45,819 nucleotides of DNA from an uncultured Lachnospiraceae bacterium (GCA_964457935.1 CAYWFC010000001.1:1-45819); one strand, 5' to 3'; shown: positions 7,085 through 16,334, counted from the stretch's first letter. Made by a program: numbers and translations. Notes: generated by a model not told the origin, from the letters alone.

Positions 7085-8279
7085 GAAACAACAAAAACGC
7101 ACTAACAAATTCGTAGTATTCTTGGGGTGCCTGCTCGCGGTGGTATTGGGCACAGTGTCGGGATTTTTGCTGAATAATTATGTATTCGGCGGGACTATGT
7201 ATGTCATACCGGACACAACGACCACTTCGTCTGGCATAGCGACTGGCGACATAAATGTGGACGTCATCAAGAGTAAAGATTTGTCCATACATTTCGTGGA
7301 ATTGGGCAATAAATACACTGGAGACTGCACTTTCATCAAGGTAGGCTCTGTCGAGATACTGATAGACGCAGGCAGTCGCGCCGACAGTGTGACCCCTATA
7401 TACAACTACATCTCGCCATACATAGAGGGTGCGCTGGACTATGTCATAGTCACACACGCACACCAAGACCATTATGCAGGCTTTTCTACCGGGGCGAATG
7501 TGCCTAGTTTGTTTGACAAGTTACGCGTAGGCACAGTGATCACTTTCGCGCAGACCAATCAAAAAGACACATCCACATTGTACAAAAATTTCCTGCGCGA
7601 GCTAGAAGAGACCAAGGATAGGAACGGCACAGTGGTGTACAATGCCTATCAATGCTACAACGAGACTGACGGTGCGCAGAGAGTGTATGACCTAGGCAAC
7701 AACGTAGAGTTGGAGATATTGACGCACAGATATTATACCGAAAAAGCCCAGACTGAGAACGACTACTCTGTGTGCTGTATCATCAATCAGACTGTGCCCG
7801 GCAATGCGAGCGCCAGCAAGCACTATTTATTCACAGGCGACCTAGAGTCGGGCGGAGAAGAGAGCCTAGTGACGTTAAATACTTTGCCAAAAGTGGAATT
7901 ATACAAGGCGGGGCACCATGGCTCAAAGACTTCGTCATCAGCCAAACTCCTCAAGGCTATACAGCCAAAAGTGGTATGCGTGTGTGCGTGCGCAGGCAGT
8001 AGCGAATACACCAAAACTAATGCCAATCAATTCCCTACACAGGCTTTCGTGGACAGGGTGGCGCCTTACACCAGCGACGTGTATGTGACTACGCTGTGCA
8101 TAGACTACAATAAGGGCGAATTCACGTCCATGAATGGCAACATAGTGCTGACATCAGACTTGGCTACAGGGGCGAGTGCGCTGTCTGTCAATATGTATTT
8201 TGCCAACAATGCCACCAAACTAAAAGACACCGATTGGTTCAAAGCCAACCGAACGTGTCCTAAGGCGTGGGCGTCATGA
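7077..8279 (+). CDS. Membrane-anchored metallo-beta-lactamase-fold hydrolase (ComEC C-terminal-domain-like)
   Basis: There is an N-terminal TM segment. The MBL motifs are VIVTHAHQDHYAGF (HxHxDH), FTGDLE and AGHHGSKTSSS, as in the ComEC/Rec2 beta-lactamase domain. Confidence 0.85.
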   Translation: MAKKQQKRTNKFVVFLGCLLAVVLGTVSGFLLNNYVFGGTMYVIPDTTTTSSGIATGDINVDVIKSKDLSIHFVELGNKYTGDCTFIKVGSVEILIDAGSRADSVTPIYNYISPYIEGALDYVIVTHAHQDHYAGFSTGANVPSLFDKLRVGTVITFAQTNQKDTSTLYKNFLRELEETKDRNGTVVYNAYQCYNETDGAQRVYDLGNNVELEILTHRYYTEKAQTENDYSVCCIINQTVPGNASASKHYLFTGDLESGGEESLVTLNTLPKVELYKAGHHGSKTSSSAKLLKAIQPKVVCVCACAGSSEYTKTNANQFPTQAFVDRVAPYTSDVYVTTLCIDYNKGEFTSMNGNIVLTSDLATGASALSVNMYFANNATKLKDTDWFKANRTCPKAWAS

Positions 8280-8289
8280 CGATATGCGA

Positions 8290-8318
8290 ATGCTGTACCT
8301 AGCGGTACGGCATTTTTG
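8290..8318 (+). terminator. Rho-independent terminator
   Basis: ATGCTGTACC-tagc-GGTACGGCAT, with one G-T wobble, followed by TTTTT. Confidence 0.7.
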
Positions 8319-8371
8319 TAGCCTAGTTTGGATATATTTGGACCAAAATGACAAAAATATATGATAGGTAC

Positions 8372-8400
8372 TTGCCAAAACTCGAGCGGTGTGCTATACT
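8372..8400 (+). promoter_or_regulatory. Promoter of typA
   Basis: TTGCCA, a 17-nt spacer, then TGcTATACT (extended -10). Confidence 0.65.
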
Positions 8401-8427
8401 GCTAGCGTTAAAAAAGAGGAAAATATT

Positions 8428-10251
8428 ATGACCAACGAAAAAATCAGAAATGTAGCTATCATTGCCCACGTAGACCATGGCAAGACCAGCCTAGTCAACG
8501 AAATGCTGAAGCAGGGCAATGTTTTTCACGAAAATCAAGTGGTAGAGGACAGAGTAATGGACTCCAACGCCATAGAGCGTGAGAGAGGCATCACCATACT
8601 CGCAAAGAACGCCAGCTGTATGTACAACGGTGTGAAAATCAATGTAGTAGACACCCCCGGACACGCAGATTTCGGCGGAGAAGTGGAGCGCGTGCTGAAA
8701 ATGGTGGACGGCGTATTGCTGGTAGTAGACGCATTCGAGGGCACTATGCCACAGACGCGTTTCGTGCTAGAAAAGGCGCTCGCACTCAACCTGCGCGTAG
8801 TGGTAGTCATCAATAAAATCGACCGCCCAGACGCACGCCTAAAAGAAGTAAAAGACGAAGTGCTAGAGCTCCTCATGGACTTAGACGCGAATGACGAACA
8901 GCTGGACAGCCCGTTCGTGTATTGCTCCGCGCGCAACGGCACTAGCAGTCTATCAGAAGGCGAAGTAGGCACAGATATGCGTCCGCTGTTTGAGACTATA
9001 CTCAGCCACATCCCAGCACCAGAGGGGGACGAGAGCGCACCGTTCAAGATGCTGGTGTCGTCAGCCGAGCACAATGATTATCTCGGCAAACTGGTAGTGG
9101 GCAAAATCACTGCCGGCAAGGTCAAACTGGGCGACAACATAGTAGTGACCAATTACCACGAGCCAAAGAGCGTCAATGGCAAGATACAGCAGATATTCGC
9201 ATACAAAGGCTTGCAACGCGTGCAGGCAGACAGCGCCGAAGTGGGCGACATAGTGTGCCTCGCTGGTCTGGACAACTGTCTCATAGGCGACACTGTCAGC
9301 AGTCGTGAGGACGCCACCCCTATCGAGTTTGTAAAGATAGACCCACCTACTGTGGAGATGACATTCCTAGTGAACGACAGCCCGTTCGCTGGCAAAGAAG
9401 GCAAATACGTGACCAGCAGACACTTGCGCGAACGCCTATACAAAGAAGCCATAAAAGACTTGTCCCTGCGCGTGACTGACGGCGAGACTAGCGAGAGCTT
9501 CAAAGTATGCGGACGCGGTGAGATGCACTTGTCTATCCTGATAGAGAATATGCGTCGCGACGGGTATGAGTTTCAAGTCAGTATGCCACGCGTATTGCTC
9601 AAAGAAATAGACGGCAAACTGTGCGAGCCTATAGATATACTGTACATCGACGTGCCAAAAGACTGCGTCGGCTCTGTCATCACTCGTATGGCGAATAGAA
9701 AAGGCGAACTCATATCTATGGACGACCACAATAGCCGTATGAAATTGAAATTTTATATCCCAGAGCGCGGATTGTTCGGCTTCAAATCCGAATTCCTGAC
9801 CGACACTCGTGGTGAAGGCGTGATGAATAACATTTTCCACGAATACCAGCCACACAAAGGCACTATCCGCCGTAGAGAGTTTGGCTCGCTCATCGCGTGC
9901 GAGACTGGCGACGCTGTGGTGTATGGCTTGTACAATGCTCAAGATAGAGGCGACCTATTCATTACCCCGGGCACTGCTGTGTACGAAGGTATGGTGGTAG
10001 GCCAAAATCCTAAAGGCGACGATATCCCAGTCAATGTGTGCAAGAAAAAACACCTGACCAATATGCGTAGTAGCAGTAGCGATGAGGCTCTCAGACTCAT
10101 CCCTGTCAAAATGCTGAATATAGAGGAGAGCCTGGAATTCCTAAACGACGACGAGTACCTCGAAGTCACTCCAAAAAACTTGCGCATACGCAAAATCCTG
10201 CTCACTAACGACGAACGTCTGCGCCAAAAGGCTAGAATGAGTAGACAATAA
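8428..10251 (+). CDS. typA: Translational GTPase TypA/BipA
   Basis: MTNEKIRNVAIIAHVDHGKTSLV (G1), DTPGHADFGGEV (G3) and NKIDR (G4) are present, with an EF-G-like domain order. The start is set at ATG 8428 after AAGAGGAAA; the track ORF begins at an upstream GTG. Confidence 0.95.
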   Translation: MTNEKIRNVAIIAHVDHGKTSLVNEMLKQGNVFHENQVVEDRVMDSNAIERERGITILAKNASCMYNGVKINVVDTPGHADFGGEVERVLKMVDGVLLVVDAFEGTMPQTRFVLEKALALNLRVVVVINKIDRPDARLKEVKDEVLELLMDLDANDEQLDSPFVYCSARNGTSSLSEGEVGTDMRPLFETILSHIPAPEGDESAPFKMLVSSAEHNDYLGKLVVGKITAGKVKLGDNIVVTNYHEPKSVNGKIQQIFAYKGLQRVQADSAEVGDIVCLAGLDNCLIGDTVSSREDATPIEFVKIDPPTVEMTFLVNDSPFAGKEGKYVTSRHLRERLYKEAIKDLSLRVTDGETSESFKVCGRGEMHLSILIENMRRDGYEFQVSMPRVLLKEIDGKLCEPIDILYIDVPKDCVGSVITRMANRKGELISMDDHNSRMKLKFYIPERGLFGFKSEFLTDTRGEGVMNNIFHEYQPHKGTIRRREFGSLIACETGDAVVYGLYNAQDRGDLFITPGTAVYEGMVVGQNPKGDDIPVNVCKKKHLTNMRSSSSDEALRLIPVKMLNIEESLEFLNDDEYLEVTPKNLRIRKILLTNDERLRQKARMSRQ

Positions 10252-10460
10252 TAGACCTTGTCCGCCCTGAATGTAAATAGTGCGACAAATGTAGTCTCTA
10301 TTAGACATAAATGCAAACGATTACATAAGTGCAGTCTTTATCAGACCTAAATGCAGATGATGAGACCGATATAGACCTTGTCTAAATATAAGTGATGAGA
10401 CTAGTATAAACCTCATCTAACCTATGTGTAAATAATAAGATAATATTTATTAGATATAGA
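10237..10460. repeat. Degenerate echoes of the typA 3' end
   Basis: ATGAGTAGAC..ATAGACCTTGTC (the CDS end) recurs as GATGAGACCGATATAGACCTTGTCT and GATGAGACTAGTATAAACCTCATCT. AAATG(T/C)AG also recurs. The periodicity is loose. Confidence 0.5.
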
Positions 10461-10464
10461 CAAA

Positions 10465-10497
10465 CAAAAAACTTTGGCAGTGTGCCAAAGTTTTTTT
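10465..10497. terminator. Bidirectional rho-independent terminator between convergent genes
   Basis: AAAAAA-CTTTGGCA-gtg-TGCCAAAG-TTTTTTT. Confidence 0.8.
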
Positions 10498-10501
10498 GAT
10501 A

Positions 10502-11161
10502 TTAATTACCAGTAGTAGGTGGTACATATTCAAATGCCTTCCTTACTTCAGATAAGGTTTTGCCAATATTGGCTGATTGGATAGACTCTATATCTATTTT
10601 GACCTCTATATCTGCCGAAGTAGGTGTGCCAGTCAGACCAGTAGGGATGCAGAATGATGTAGTAGACAATATAGTCACTGCACTGCTATCTGCTTCTATT
10701 TCTATAGGTACTAATTGATTATTGACATAGTATACCCAACCGTCGGTGTCTCTAGTAGCAGAACAAGCGGCTTTGAAATTATCATAACCCTCATTTCCTG
10801 TATTAAAATTATTATTCAACTGAGAAATAATATCAGACATGTTACTATCTTTGCAACTAAATGTGACTTTGAACCTAATATACATACCAGATGAATTAGC
10901 ATCAGCTTTGATTGTGACATCTTTACTCAGTATGGCTCCATTTGTAGTTACAGTACTATTGACAGGTAGTGTTTCATCAGTTATGTTATTACCGTCAGAG
11001 TTACCCAATGTGAACTCGATCTTACCGAATGAGTGAGTGCCGGAGCCGGATTTTTGGCTGACAAAATACGCATATGTGCCTAAAGCTCCACATGCCACCA
11101 AGCATACTGCCAAACAGATTATCAATAGACGATATGTTCTCTTACTCATAGTTTTCTTCAT
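10502..11161 (-). CDS. Secreted protein with SipW-dependent (TasA/camelysin-type) signal peptide
   Basis: The start is set at MKKTMSKRTYRLLIICLAVCLVACGALGTYAYFVSQ, after GGTGGAG. The GTYAYF(S/V) motif after the h-region is typical of SipW-cognate signal peptides. The mature part is beta-rich. Confidence 0.7.
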   Translation of the reverse strand: MKKTMSKRTYRLLIICLAVCLVACGALGTYAYFVSQKSGSGTHSFGKIEFTLGNSDGNNITDETLPVNSTVTTNGAILSKDVTIKADANSSGMYIRFKVTFSCKDSNMSDIISQLNNNFNTGNEGYDNFKAACSATRDTDGWVYYVNNQLVPIEIEADSSAVTILSTTSFCIPTGLTGTPTSADIEVKIDIESIQSANIGKTLSEVRKAFEYVPPTTGN

Positions 11162-11327
11162 ATATCTACTCCACCTCGTAGCATTAGTATATACTATTAT
11201 AACAAAAAAAACAAACATTTTCGCCAAAAATTTTTCACAAAAAATATCATCAAAAATAGTTGACACAATATAATGTGTATATATCGTATGCCACTACTAC
11301 AAAATAGCCAATTTTGAAATAAAATAA

Positions 11328-11483
11328 TGTGGAAATGTGGATAACTTGGGTGAAATTGTCCACTTTTGCCTTGAAAATAAGGGATTTTGGGTATGTGGAT
11401 AGAATGTGGATAACATTTTTTGCGCGGTGGAAATGTGGAAATGTGGATAACTCTGTGGGTTGTTTTGTACAAAACGAAGTGGG
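11328..11483. promoter_or_regulatory. DnaA-box cluster remote from dnaA
   Basis: Perfect TGTGGATAA (= TTATCCACA) boxes lie at 11336-11344, 11405-11413 and 11442-11450. One-mismatch boxes are TGTGGATAG (11394-11402) and TTTGGATAA (11475-11483). Two-mismatch boxes lie at 11328, 11356 and 11434. Nearly all have the same orientation. Confidence 0.7.
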
Positions 11484-11591
11484 TTTTGGATAATTTTTTA
11501 GAACAAATATCAAACATTCGACAATTTGCACCACTTTTCGCTTGATAAAAAAGTGTGAGTGAGATAATATATACCTATTAGACGGAGTGTG

Positions 11592-11777
11592 ATGAACGAG
11601 AGAGATTTGTGCAGGCTGAGTGAGTATTTCGACGAGAGGATAGACTTGTCAGACTTTACGACGGAGGAACTAGAGGAAATGCTACAGGGCTTGCCGTCGG
11701 ACGAGAAGTTTAAGGACAATTATTTCGCGTATTACGATGACGTGAAGGACAAATCTCGCCCAAAACAAGACTGGTAA
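11592..11777 (+). CDS. Small acidic hypothetical protein (61 aa)
   Basis: ATG 11592 follows ACGGAG. The sequence is MNERDLCRLSEYFDERIDLSDFTTEELEEML... Its last codons plus stop (CAAGACTGGTAAAAGCA) are echoed about 60 nt downstream. I recognise no family. Confidence 0.4.
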   Translation: MNERDLCRLSEYFDERIDLSDFTTEELEEMLQGLPSDEKFKDNYFAYYDDVKDKSRPKQDW

Positions 11778-11966
11778 AAGCAGAGCCTATCTACCAAAAA
11801 CAGCAAAATCAGCTAAATACAAACAAAGCAAGACTGGTAAAAGCAAGTGAAATGCTCGCACTGAATGGATATTCGTGACAGATAAGTGTCTTAATAGTCT
11901 CTATAATGACAAAAATAATTGACATTAACATAATATTTGTGCTATCATCTAGTATAGAGGTAACAA

Positions 11967-12488
11967 ATGAAATATACTAAAATAACCAAAAAATTAGGTG
12001 GGATAGTACGTAGTATCTTTTGGGGATTTGTAATATTAGTACTTTTAGGCTTATCGGGTTTATTCGTCTGGTGCGATTTTAGTATGGCAAATCCTTTAGT
12101 AAGTTTTGTGTTGTTGGTGTGGATACCAGGGTTGTGCTATTCGGTAAATTATTGTATTAGTTTAATCGCGGGCGATGAATTGACGAATACTGGTATGGTG
12201 AGTGATGGCCATTCGGTATTTGACATAAAAAGAACACCAAAATACTATAGTAGAAGAATGATTTCGCACTTTGTAGGATGTATACTCTTTGTTTTATTAT
12301 TATTAAGGTATATGTTTTATTTGGGTTATCTTTGTATTATGTCTGCTTATTACTTGGTATTTTTCTTCGTGGGGGCAGTAGGTTCTGTGATCGGTGTAGT
12401 GGTTTGTTTCATATTCGGAATGAGTGCTTACGAGAAAAGTAGCCTAAAACAAAGAAAAGATAATGTGGATAATACTGAAATAAAATAA
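11967..12488 (+). CDS. Integral membrane protein, function unknown (AT-rich gene)
   Basis: The ORF is 173 aa with 4-5 TM segments. The SD is GAGGT. An upstream promoter reads TTGACA-18 nt-TATCAT. Confidence 0.65.
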   Translation: MKYTKITKKLGGIVRSIFWGFVILVLLGLSGLFVWCDFSMANPLVSFVLLVWIPGLCYSVNYCISLIAGDELTNTGMVSDGHSVFDIKRTPKYYSRRMISHFVGCILFVLLLLRYMFYLGYLCIMSAYYLVFFFVGAVGSVIGVVVCFIFGMSAYEKSSLKQRKDNVDNTEIK

Positions 12489-12569
12489 ATTGCACTAGAG
12501 AGCAAAATCTGCAAATCTTGCGACATATTAAGTGCCGGAATTTAGTTTAGTCAGATATCTATATAGATA

Positions 12570-12614
12570 AAAAAAGAGAACACGTGAGCGAAGCTAGGTG
12601 TTCTTCTTTTTTTT
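12570..12614. terminator. Possible rho-independent terminator
   Basis: AAAAAAAG-AGAACAC, a 14-nt loop, then GTGTTCT-TCTTTTTTTT. The stem is short and the loop long. Confidence 0.45.
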
Positions 12615-12624
12615 CGTCTAGACA

Positions 12625-12810
12625 TTAGTATTGCATATTGAATGGGAAGGATGAGAGTGAGCAAGAGCAATTATTCATACGCTCGATGAGTTCTTTCTTC
12701 TTCAGATAAGTAGACTCAGTGCCGTAGTGTTTGATGTCGAGCTCTTTTTCTTCTTCCTTCATCATTTTGTGTATGAGAGTGGTCCTGTCTTCTGTGTGGG
12801 AATATTTCAT
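12625..12810 (-). CDS. Small hypothetical protein (61 aa)
   Basis: A good AAGGAG SD precedes ATG 12810. The sequence is charged and helical (MKYSHTEDRTTLIHKMMKEEEKELDIKHY...). I recognise no family. Confidence 0.5.
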   Translation of the reverse strand: MKYSHTEDRTTLIHKMMKEEEKELDIKHYGTESTYLKKKELIERMNNCSCSLSSFPFNMQY

Positions 12811-12885
12811 AATGGGTATCTCCTTTTCGCTGACATATTAGCATACAATGTGAGCATTGTCAATAGTGAAAATGAAAAATATATT

Positions 12886-13178
12886 ATTATATCAAAGTCA
12901 TACTGGCATCCTTATAGCAAAATATATAATTCTGCAAAAGTTATACTGTCACACTTATAAAAACACATCGTTCTATCAAAGTCATACTGGTGCACTTGTA
13001 GCAAAATATATTATTTTGTCAAAGTAATATTGTCGCACTTATAAAGATAAATCATTCTGCCAAAGTCATACTGGCGCACTTGTGGCGGAAAATTATAATT
13101 CTATCAAAGTAATATTGTCAAATTTATAAACATACATTATTCTGCCAAAGTCATACTAGCGCACTTGGTGTATGCGCG
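12886..13178. repeat. ~42-bp tandem array (7 units) echoing the yigZ-like gene's 3' end
   Basis: Units resemble ATTCTGCCAAAGTCATACTGGCGCACTTGTGGCGG.... They alternate between better and worse copies. The last unit (13138 onward) is the real C-terminal codons plus stop. Confidence 0.85.
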
Positions 13179-13490
13179 GAGCAGTCCGCCAGCGCCTAGT
13201 TTGACCCCGCCGAAATATCTCACCACAACCACGAGAATGTCGCGGGCATTTTTGTGTTTGATGACATTGAGTATAGGGCGTCCTGCTGTACCGGATGGCT
13301 CGCCGTCGTCACTGCAACGCTCCACCACACCGTCGTCGCACAGAGTGTAGGCGTAGCATGTGTGAGTGGCTTTTTTGTGCGATTTGGCGAGAGTGGACAG
13401 TATATCCTTGACCTGCGCCTCGCTAGTCACGTGGTAGGCGTACCCGATGAATTTGGATTTCTTGATTTCGTACAAAACTTCTGTATGCAT
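13137..13490 (-). CDS. YigZ/IMPACT-family (UPF0029) N-terminal domain protein, short form
   Basis: EIKKSKFIGYAY, KATHTCYAY, DDGEPSGTAGRPIL and VVVVRYFGGVKLGAGGLLRAY match the YigZ N-domain. No second (C-terminal) domain is present. The start is uncertain: I chose ATG 13490 (TGgTATATT box 6 nt upstream, no SD), and the track ORF extends to TTG 13520. Confidence 0.75.
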   Translation of the reverse strand: MHTEVLYEIKKSKFIGYAYHVTSEAQVKDILSTLAKSHKKATHTCYAYTLCDDGVVERCSDDGEPSGTAGRPILNVIKHKNARDILVVVVRYFGGVKLGAGGLLRAYTKCASMTLAE

Positions 13491-13526
13491 ACGCATAATA
13501 TACCACATACTGCGCGTCAATGCAAA

Positions 13527-13690
13527 TGTCTGGCGGTTTTTGTGTCGAGATACAATCTAGATATATAATGACTTGGCTGGTTTAGTACTGAGACACAATC
13601 AAAACACATATTGGCTGGGCGGGTTTTGTAGCAAGACGCAATCTAGGTACATATTGGCTGGCGGTTTTGGTGTCGGGACGCATATCTGCG
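13527..13690. repeat. ~41-bp tandem repeat (4 diverged units) in the divergent intergenic region
   Basis: The series is TGTCTGGCGGTTTTTGTGTCGAGATACAATCTAG.., then GACTTGGCTGGTTTAGTACTGAGACACAATC.., then ATTGGCTGGGCGGGTTTTGTAGCAAGACGCAATCTAG.., then ATTGGCTGGCGGTTTTGGTGTCGGGACGCATATCT. Confidence 0.75.
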
Positions 13691-13724
13691 CGCGTGGCGT
13701 CATATCTTGGGTATAGGAGACGAG

Positions 13725-16334
13725 ATGTTTTTTTATAGCAAAGAGGAGGCGCTGGACAAGCTATCCAGTAGCGAGAGCGGGCTAGACAGTGCGCGCATAT
13801 CCGACCACAAGAAAAAATACGGTGCAAACAAAGTGGACGAGGCGAAGAAAGAGAGTGTATTCGTGGCTTTTTTGCGCCAATTCCAAAATCTGATGATTAT
13901 CATACTACTACTATCGGCAGGGGTGTCTATCACGCTGGCGCTGACTAGTGGTGAGTATGCGGACTTATTCGAAGGGTTTATCATACTCTTCATAGTGATC
14001 ATGAATGCCATAATAGGTGTCATCCAAGAGAACAAAGCGCAAGCCAGCCTCGCCGACCTGAAAAAGCACATAGTGCAGTACTCCAAAGTAGTGCGGAGCG
14101 GAGTGGTGATGCACATATCGAGCGACGAACTGGTAGTGGGCGACATAGTGTGTCTCGAGGCAGGCGACATAGTGCCGGCGGATTTGCGCCTAATAGAGAC
14201 GCATTCGCTGAAATGCGACGAGAGCAGTCTGACGGGCGAGAGTTTGCCGGTGGAGAAAAACGCCAATCTGATACTGAACAAGCACACTGCCATAAACGAG
14301 CAGAAAAATATGGCATTTAGCGGATGCAGTGTGAGTGCCGGCAGAGCCAAAGGCGTGGTGGTGGCAGTGGGCAATCAGACCGAGATAGGCAAGATAGCCA
14401 ATATGATATTCTCCACCAAAAAAGAGCAGACCCCACTCCAGAAATCACTCCAAAAGATAGGCAAAGTCATCACTATATCAGTGCTGGTGGTGTGCGTGGT
14501 GATATTCTTGCTCGAGATATTCTTCGCATCAGAGCGGAGCGTGCTCTCTGCACTCATGACGTCAGTGGCACTGGCGGTGGCAGCGATACCAGAGAGTTTG
14601 CCTGCCGTCATCACTATCATCATGGCTATGGGTGTGACCCAGCTCGCCAAGCGCAAAGTCATCATCAAGCAACTGCACGCCGTAGAGACGCTGGGGAGTT
14701 GCCAAGTGATTTGCTCGGACAAGACTGGCACTCTGACGCAAAACAAAATGACCCTGACCCACCTGTACCTAAATCTCGAGCGTTGCGAGGCAGACACTGG
14801 CACAGACGAGTACACGCACGCCATAAACTGTATGGCGCTGTGCAACGAATGCACTGTATCAAAAGGGGCTGTGCTAGGCGAGCCCACCGAAGTGGCATTG
14901 TACGAGTACGCTATGCCACATTTCGCACTCAAAAAGCACAAGCGACTGTTCGAACTCCCGTTCGACTCCACGCGAAAAATGATGACCACTGTGCACAGCA
15001 TAGGTGGCATAGTGAGTTATACCAAGGGGGCGTTTGATATGGTGATAGAGCGTTGCTCCACCATAAATATCCATGGCAAAATCCAAGCGCTCACTCCAGA
15101 CATTCGCCGACGCTTGCAAGCCATAAACAAAGAAATGGCGGACTCCAGCCTGCGCGTGCTGGCGCTGTGCTACAAAGCATACGACGAATACAATATGGAC
15201 GCTGACTTAGAGCGCGATATGACATTCCTGGGGCTGGTAGGCATGATAGACCCACCGCGTGTAGAAGTATATGACGCCATACAAAAATGCTTCTCTGCTG
15301 GGCTAAAGCCAGTGATGATCACAGGCGACCACAAAAACACCGCCTTTGCCATAGCGCGACGCCTGCACATAGCGGACAGCGAGAGCCAAGTCCTGACAGG
15401 CGAGCAGATAAACGCCATGAGTGATGCGCAGTTTGCACGCAAGGTAGGGGATTACACAGTGTTCGCACGCGTCACCCCTGAGCACAAGGTCAAGATAGTG
15501 ACCGCCATAAAAAAGCAGAGCAAAGTAGTGGCTATGACTGGCGACGGCATCAATGACGCCCCTAGCCTGAAAATAGCCGACATTGGCGTGGGTATGGGCA
15601 TATCGGGTACTGATGTGGTCAAAAATGTGTCAGATATGGTCATTACGGACGACAATTTTGCCAGCATAGTGGTGGCTGTCGAAGAAGGTCGAAAAGTGTA
15701 CAGCAATATCCAAAAGGCGCTACAATATTTGCTCAGCACCAATATGATAGAAGTAGTAGGTATGCTACTAGGGCTGATATTTTTCCCAAATGTGACATTC
15801 TTGACCGCGTCGCAGATGCTATTCATCAATCTCGTCACTGACAGCCTGCCGGCGTTCGCACTCGGGGTGGAAAAAGCCGAGAAAGACATCATGACTCGCG
15901 CCCCGCGCAGTAGCAGAGAGAGTGTATTTTCGCGCAGTGTCACTGTGGGCATAGTGTACCAGTCCATACTCCAGCTCATATGCGTGATGAGTGTGTATGT
16001 GCTGGCCAATATTTACGCTACGCCCGAGGTGGCGAACACTATGGTGTTCTTCACTATCATATTCGTGCAGACACTGCACAGCATCAATGCCAAGACGAAC
16101 GGCAGTATACTGGACATCAATATTTTCGAGAACAAGACATTCAATATTTGCTTCGTAGTCACCACAGCACTGAATAGCATAGTGGCATTCGTGCCTATCG
16201 TGAGACGGATGTTCGGCCTGTGCGCGCTGAGTGCGTCGCAATGGGTGTGGGTAATGGTGGCGTCGCTGGCTATCATCCCGAGCGTGGAGATAGTGAAATT
16301 GGTGCTGTATGGCAGAAATCGCAAAACTAAATGA
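13725..16334 (+). CDS. Cation-translocating P-type ATPase (Ca2+-ATPase, P2-type)
   Basis: Motifs are TGES, the phosphorylation site CSDKTGTLTQNKM, MITGDHKNTA and the hinge MTGDGINDAPSLK. About 10 TM segments are predicted. The start is set at ATG 13725 after TAGGAGA; the track starts at an upstream TTG. Confidence 0.95.
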   Translation: MFFYSKEEALDKLSSSESGLDSARISDHKKKYGANKVDEAKKESVFVAFLRQFQNLMIIILLLSAGVSITLALTSGEYADLFEGFIILFIVIMNAIIGVIQENKAQASLADLKKHIVQYSKVVRSGVVMHISSDELVVGDIVCLEAGDIVPADLRLIETHSLKCDESSLTGESLPVEKNANLILNKHTAINEQKNMAFSGCSVSAGRAKGVVVAVGNQTEIGKIANMIFSTKKEQTPLQKSLQKIGKVITISVLVVCVVIFLLEIFFASERSVLSALMTSVALAVAAIPESLPAVITIIMAMGVTQLAKRKVIIKQLHAVETLGSCQVICSDKTGTLTQNKMTLTHLYLNLERCEADTGTDEYTHAINCMALCNECTVSKGAVLGEPTEVALYEYAMPHFALKKHKRLFELPFDSTRKMMTTVHSIGGIVSYTKGAFDMVIERCSTINIHGKIQALTPDIRRRLQAINKEMADSSLRVLALCYKAYDEYNMDADLERDMTFLGLVGMIDPPRVEVYDAIQKCFSAGLKPVMITGDHKNTAFAIARRLHIADSESQVLTGEQINAMSDAQFARKVGDYTVFARVTPEHKVKIVTAIKKQSKVVAMTGDGINDAPSLKIADIGVGMGISGTDVVKNVSDMVITDDNFASIVVAVEEGRKVYSNIQKALQYLLSTNMIEVVGMLLGLIFFPNVTFLTASQMLFINLVTDSLPAFALGVEKAEKDIMTRAPRSSRESVFSRSVTVGIVYQSILQLICVMSVYVLANIYATPEVANTMVFFTIIFVQTLHSINAKTNGSILDINIFENKTFNICFVVTTALNSIVAFVPIVRRMFGLCALSASQWVWVMVASLAIIPSVEIVKLVLYGRNRKTK

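Noticed and set aside
10502-11266. Full 254-aa version of the SipW-type secreted protein
   Set aside because: The N-terminal 35 residues of the long ORF precede the obvious SD and the Lys-rich signal-peptide start (MKKTMSKR) at 11161, so the shorter CDS is preferred.
11197-11534. Two overlapping minus-strand ORFs (106 and 94 aa)
   Set aside because: They cover the DnaA-box cluster. Their His/Pro/Phe-rich sequence comes from translating the repeated TGTGGATAA boxes, and neither has an SD.
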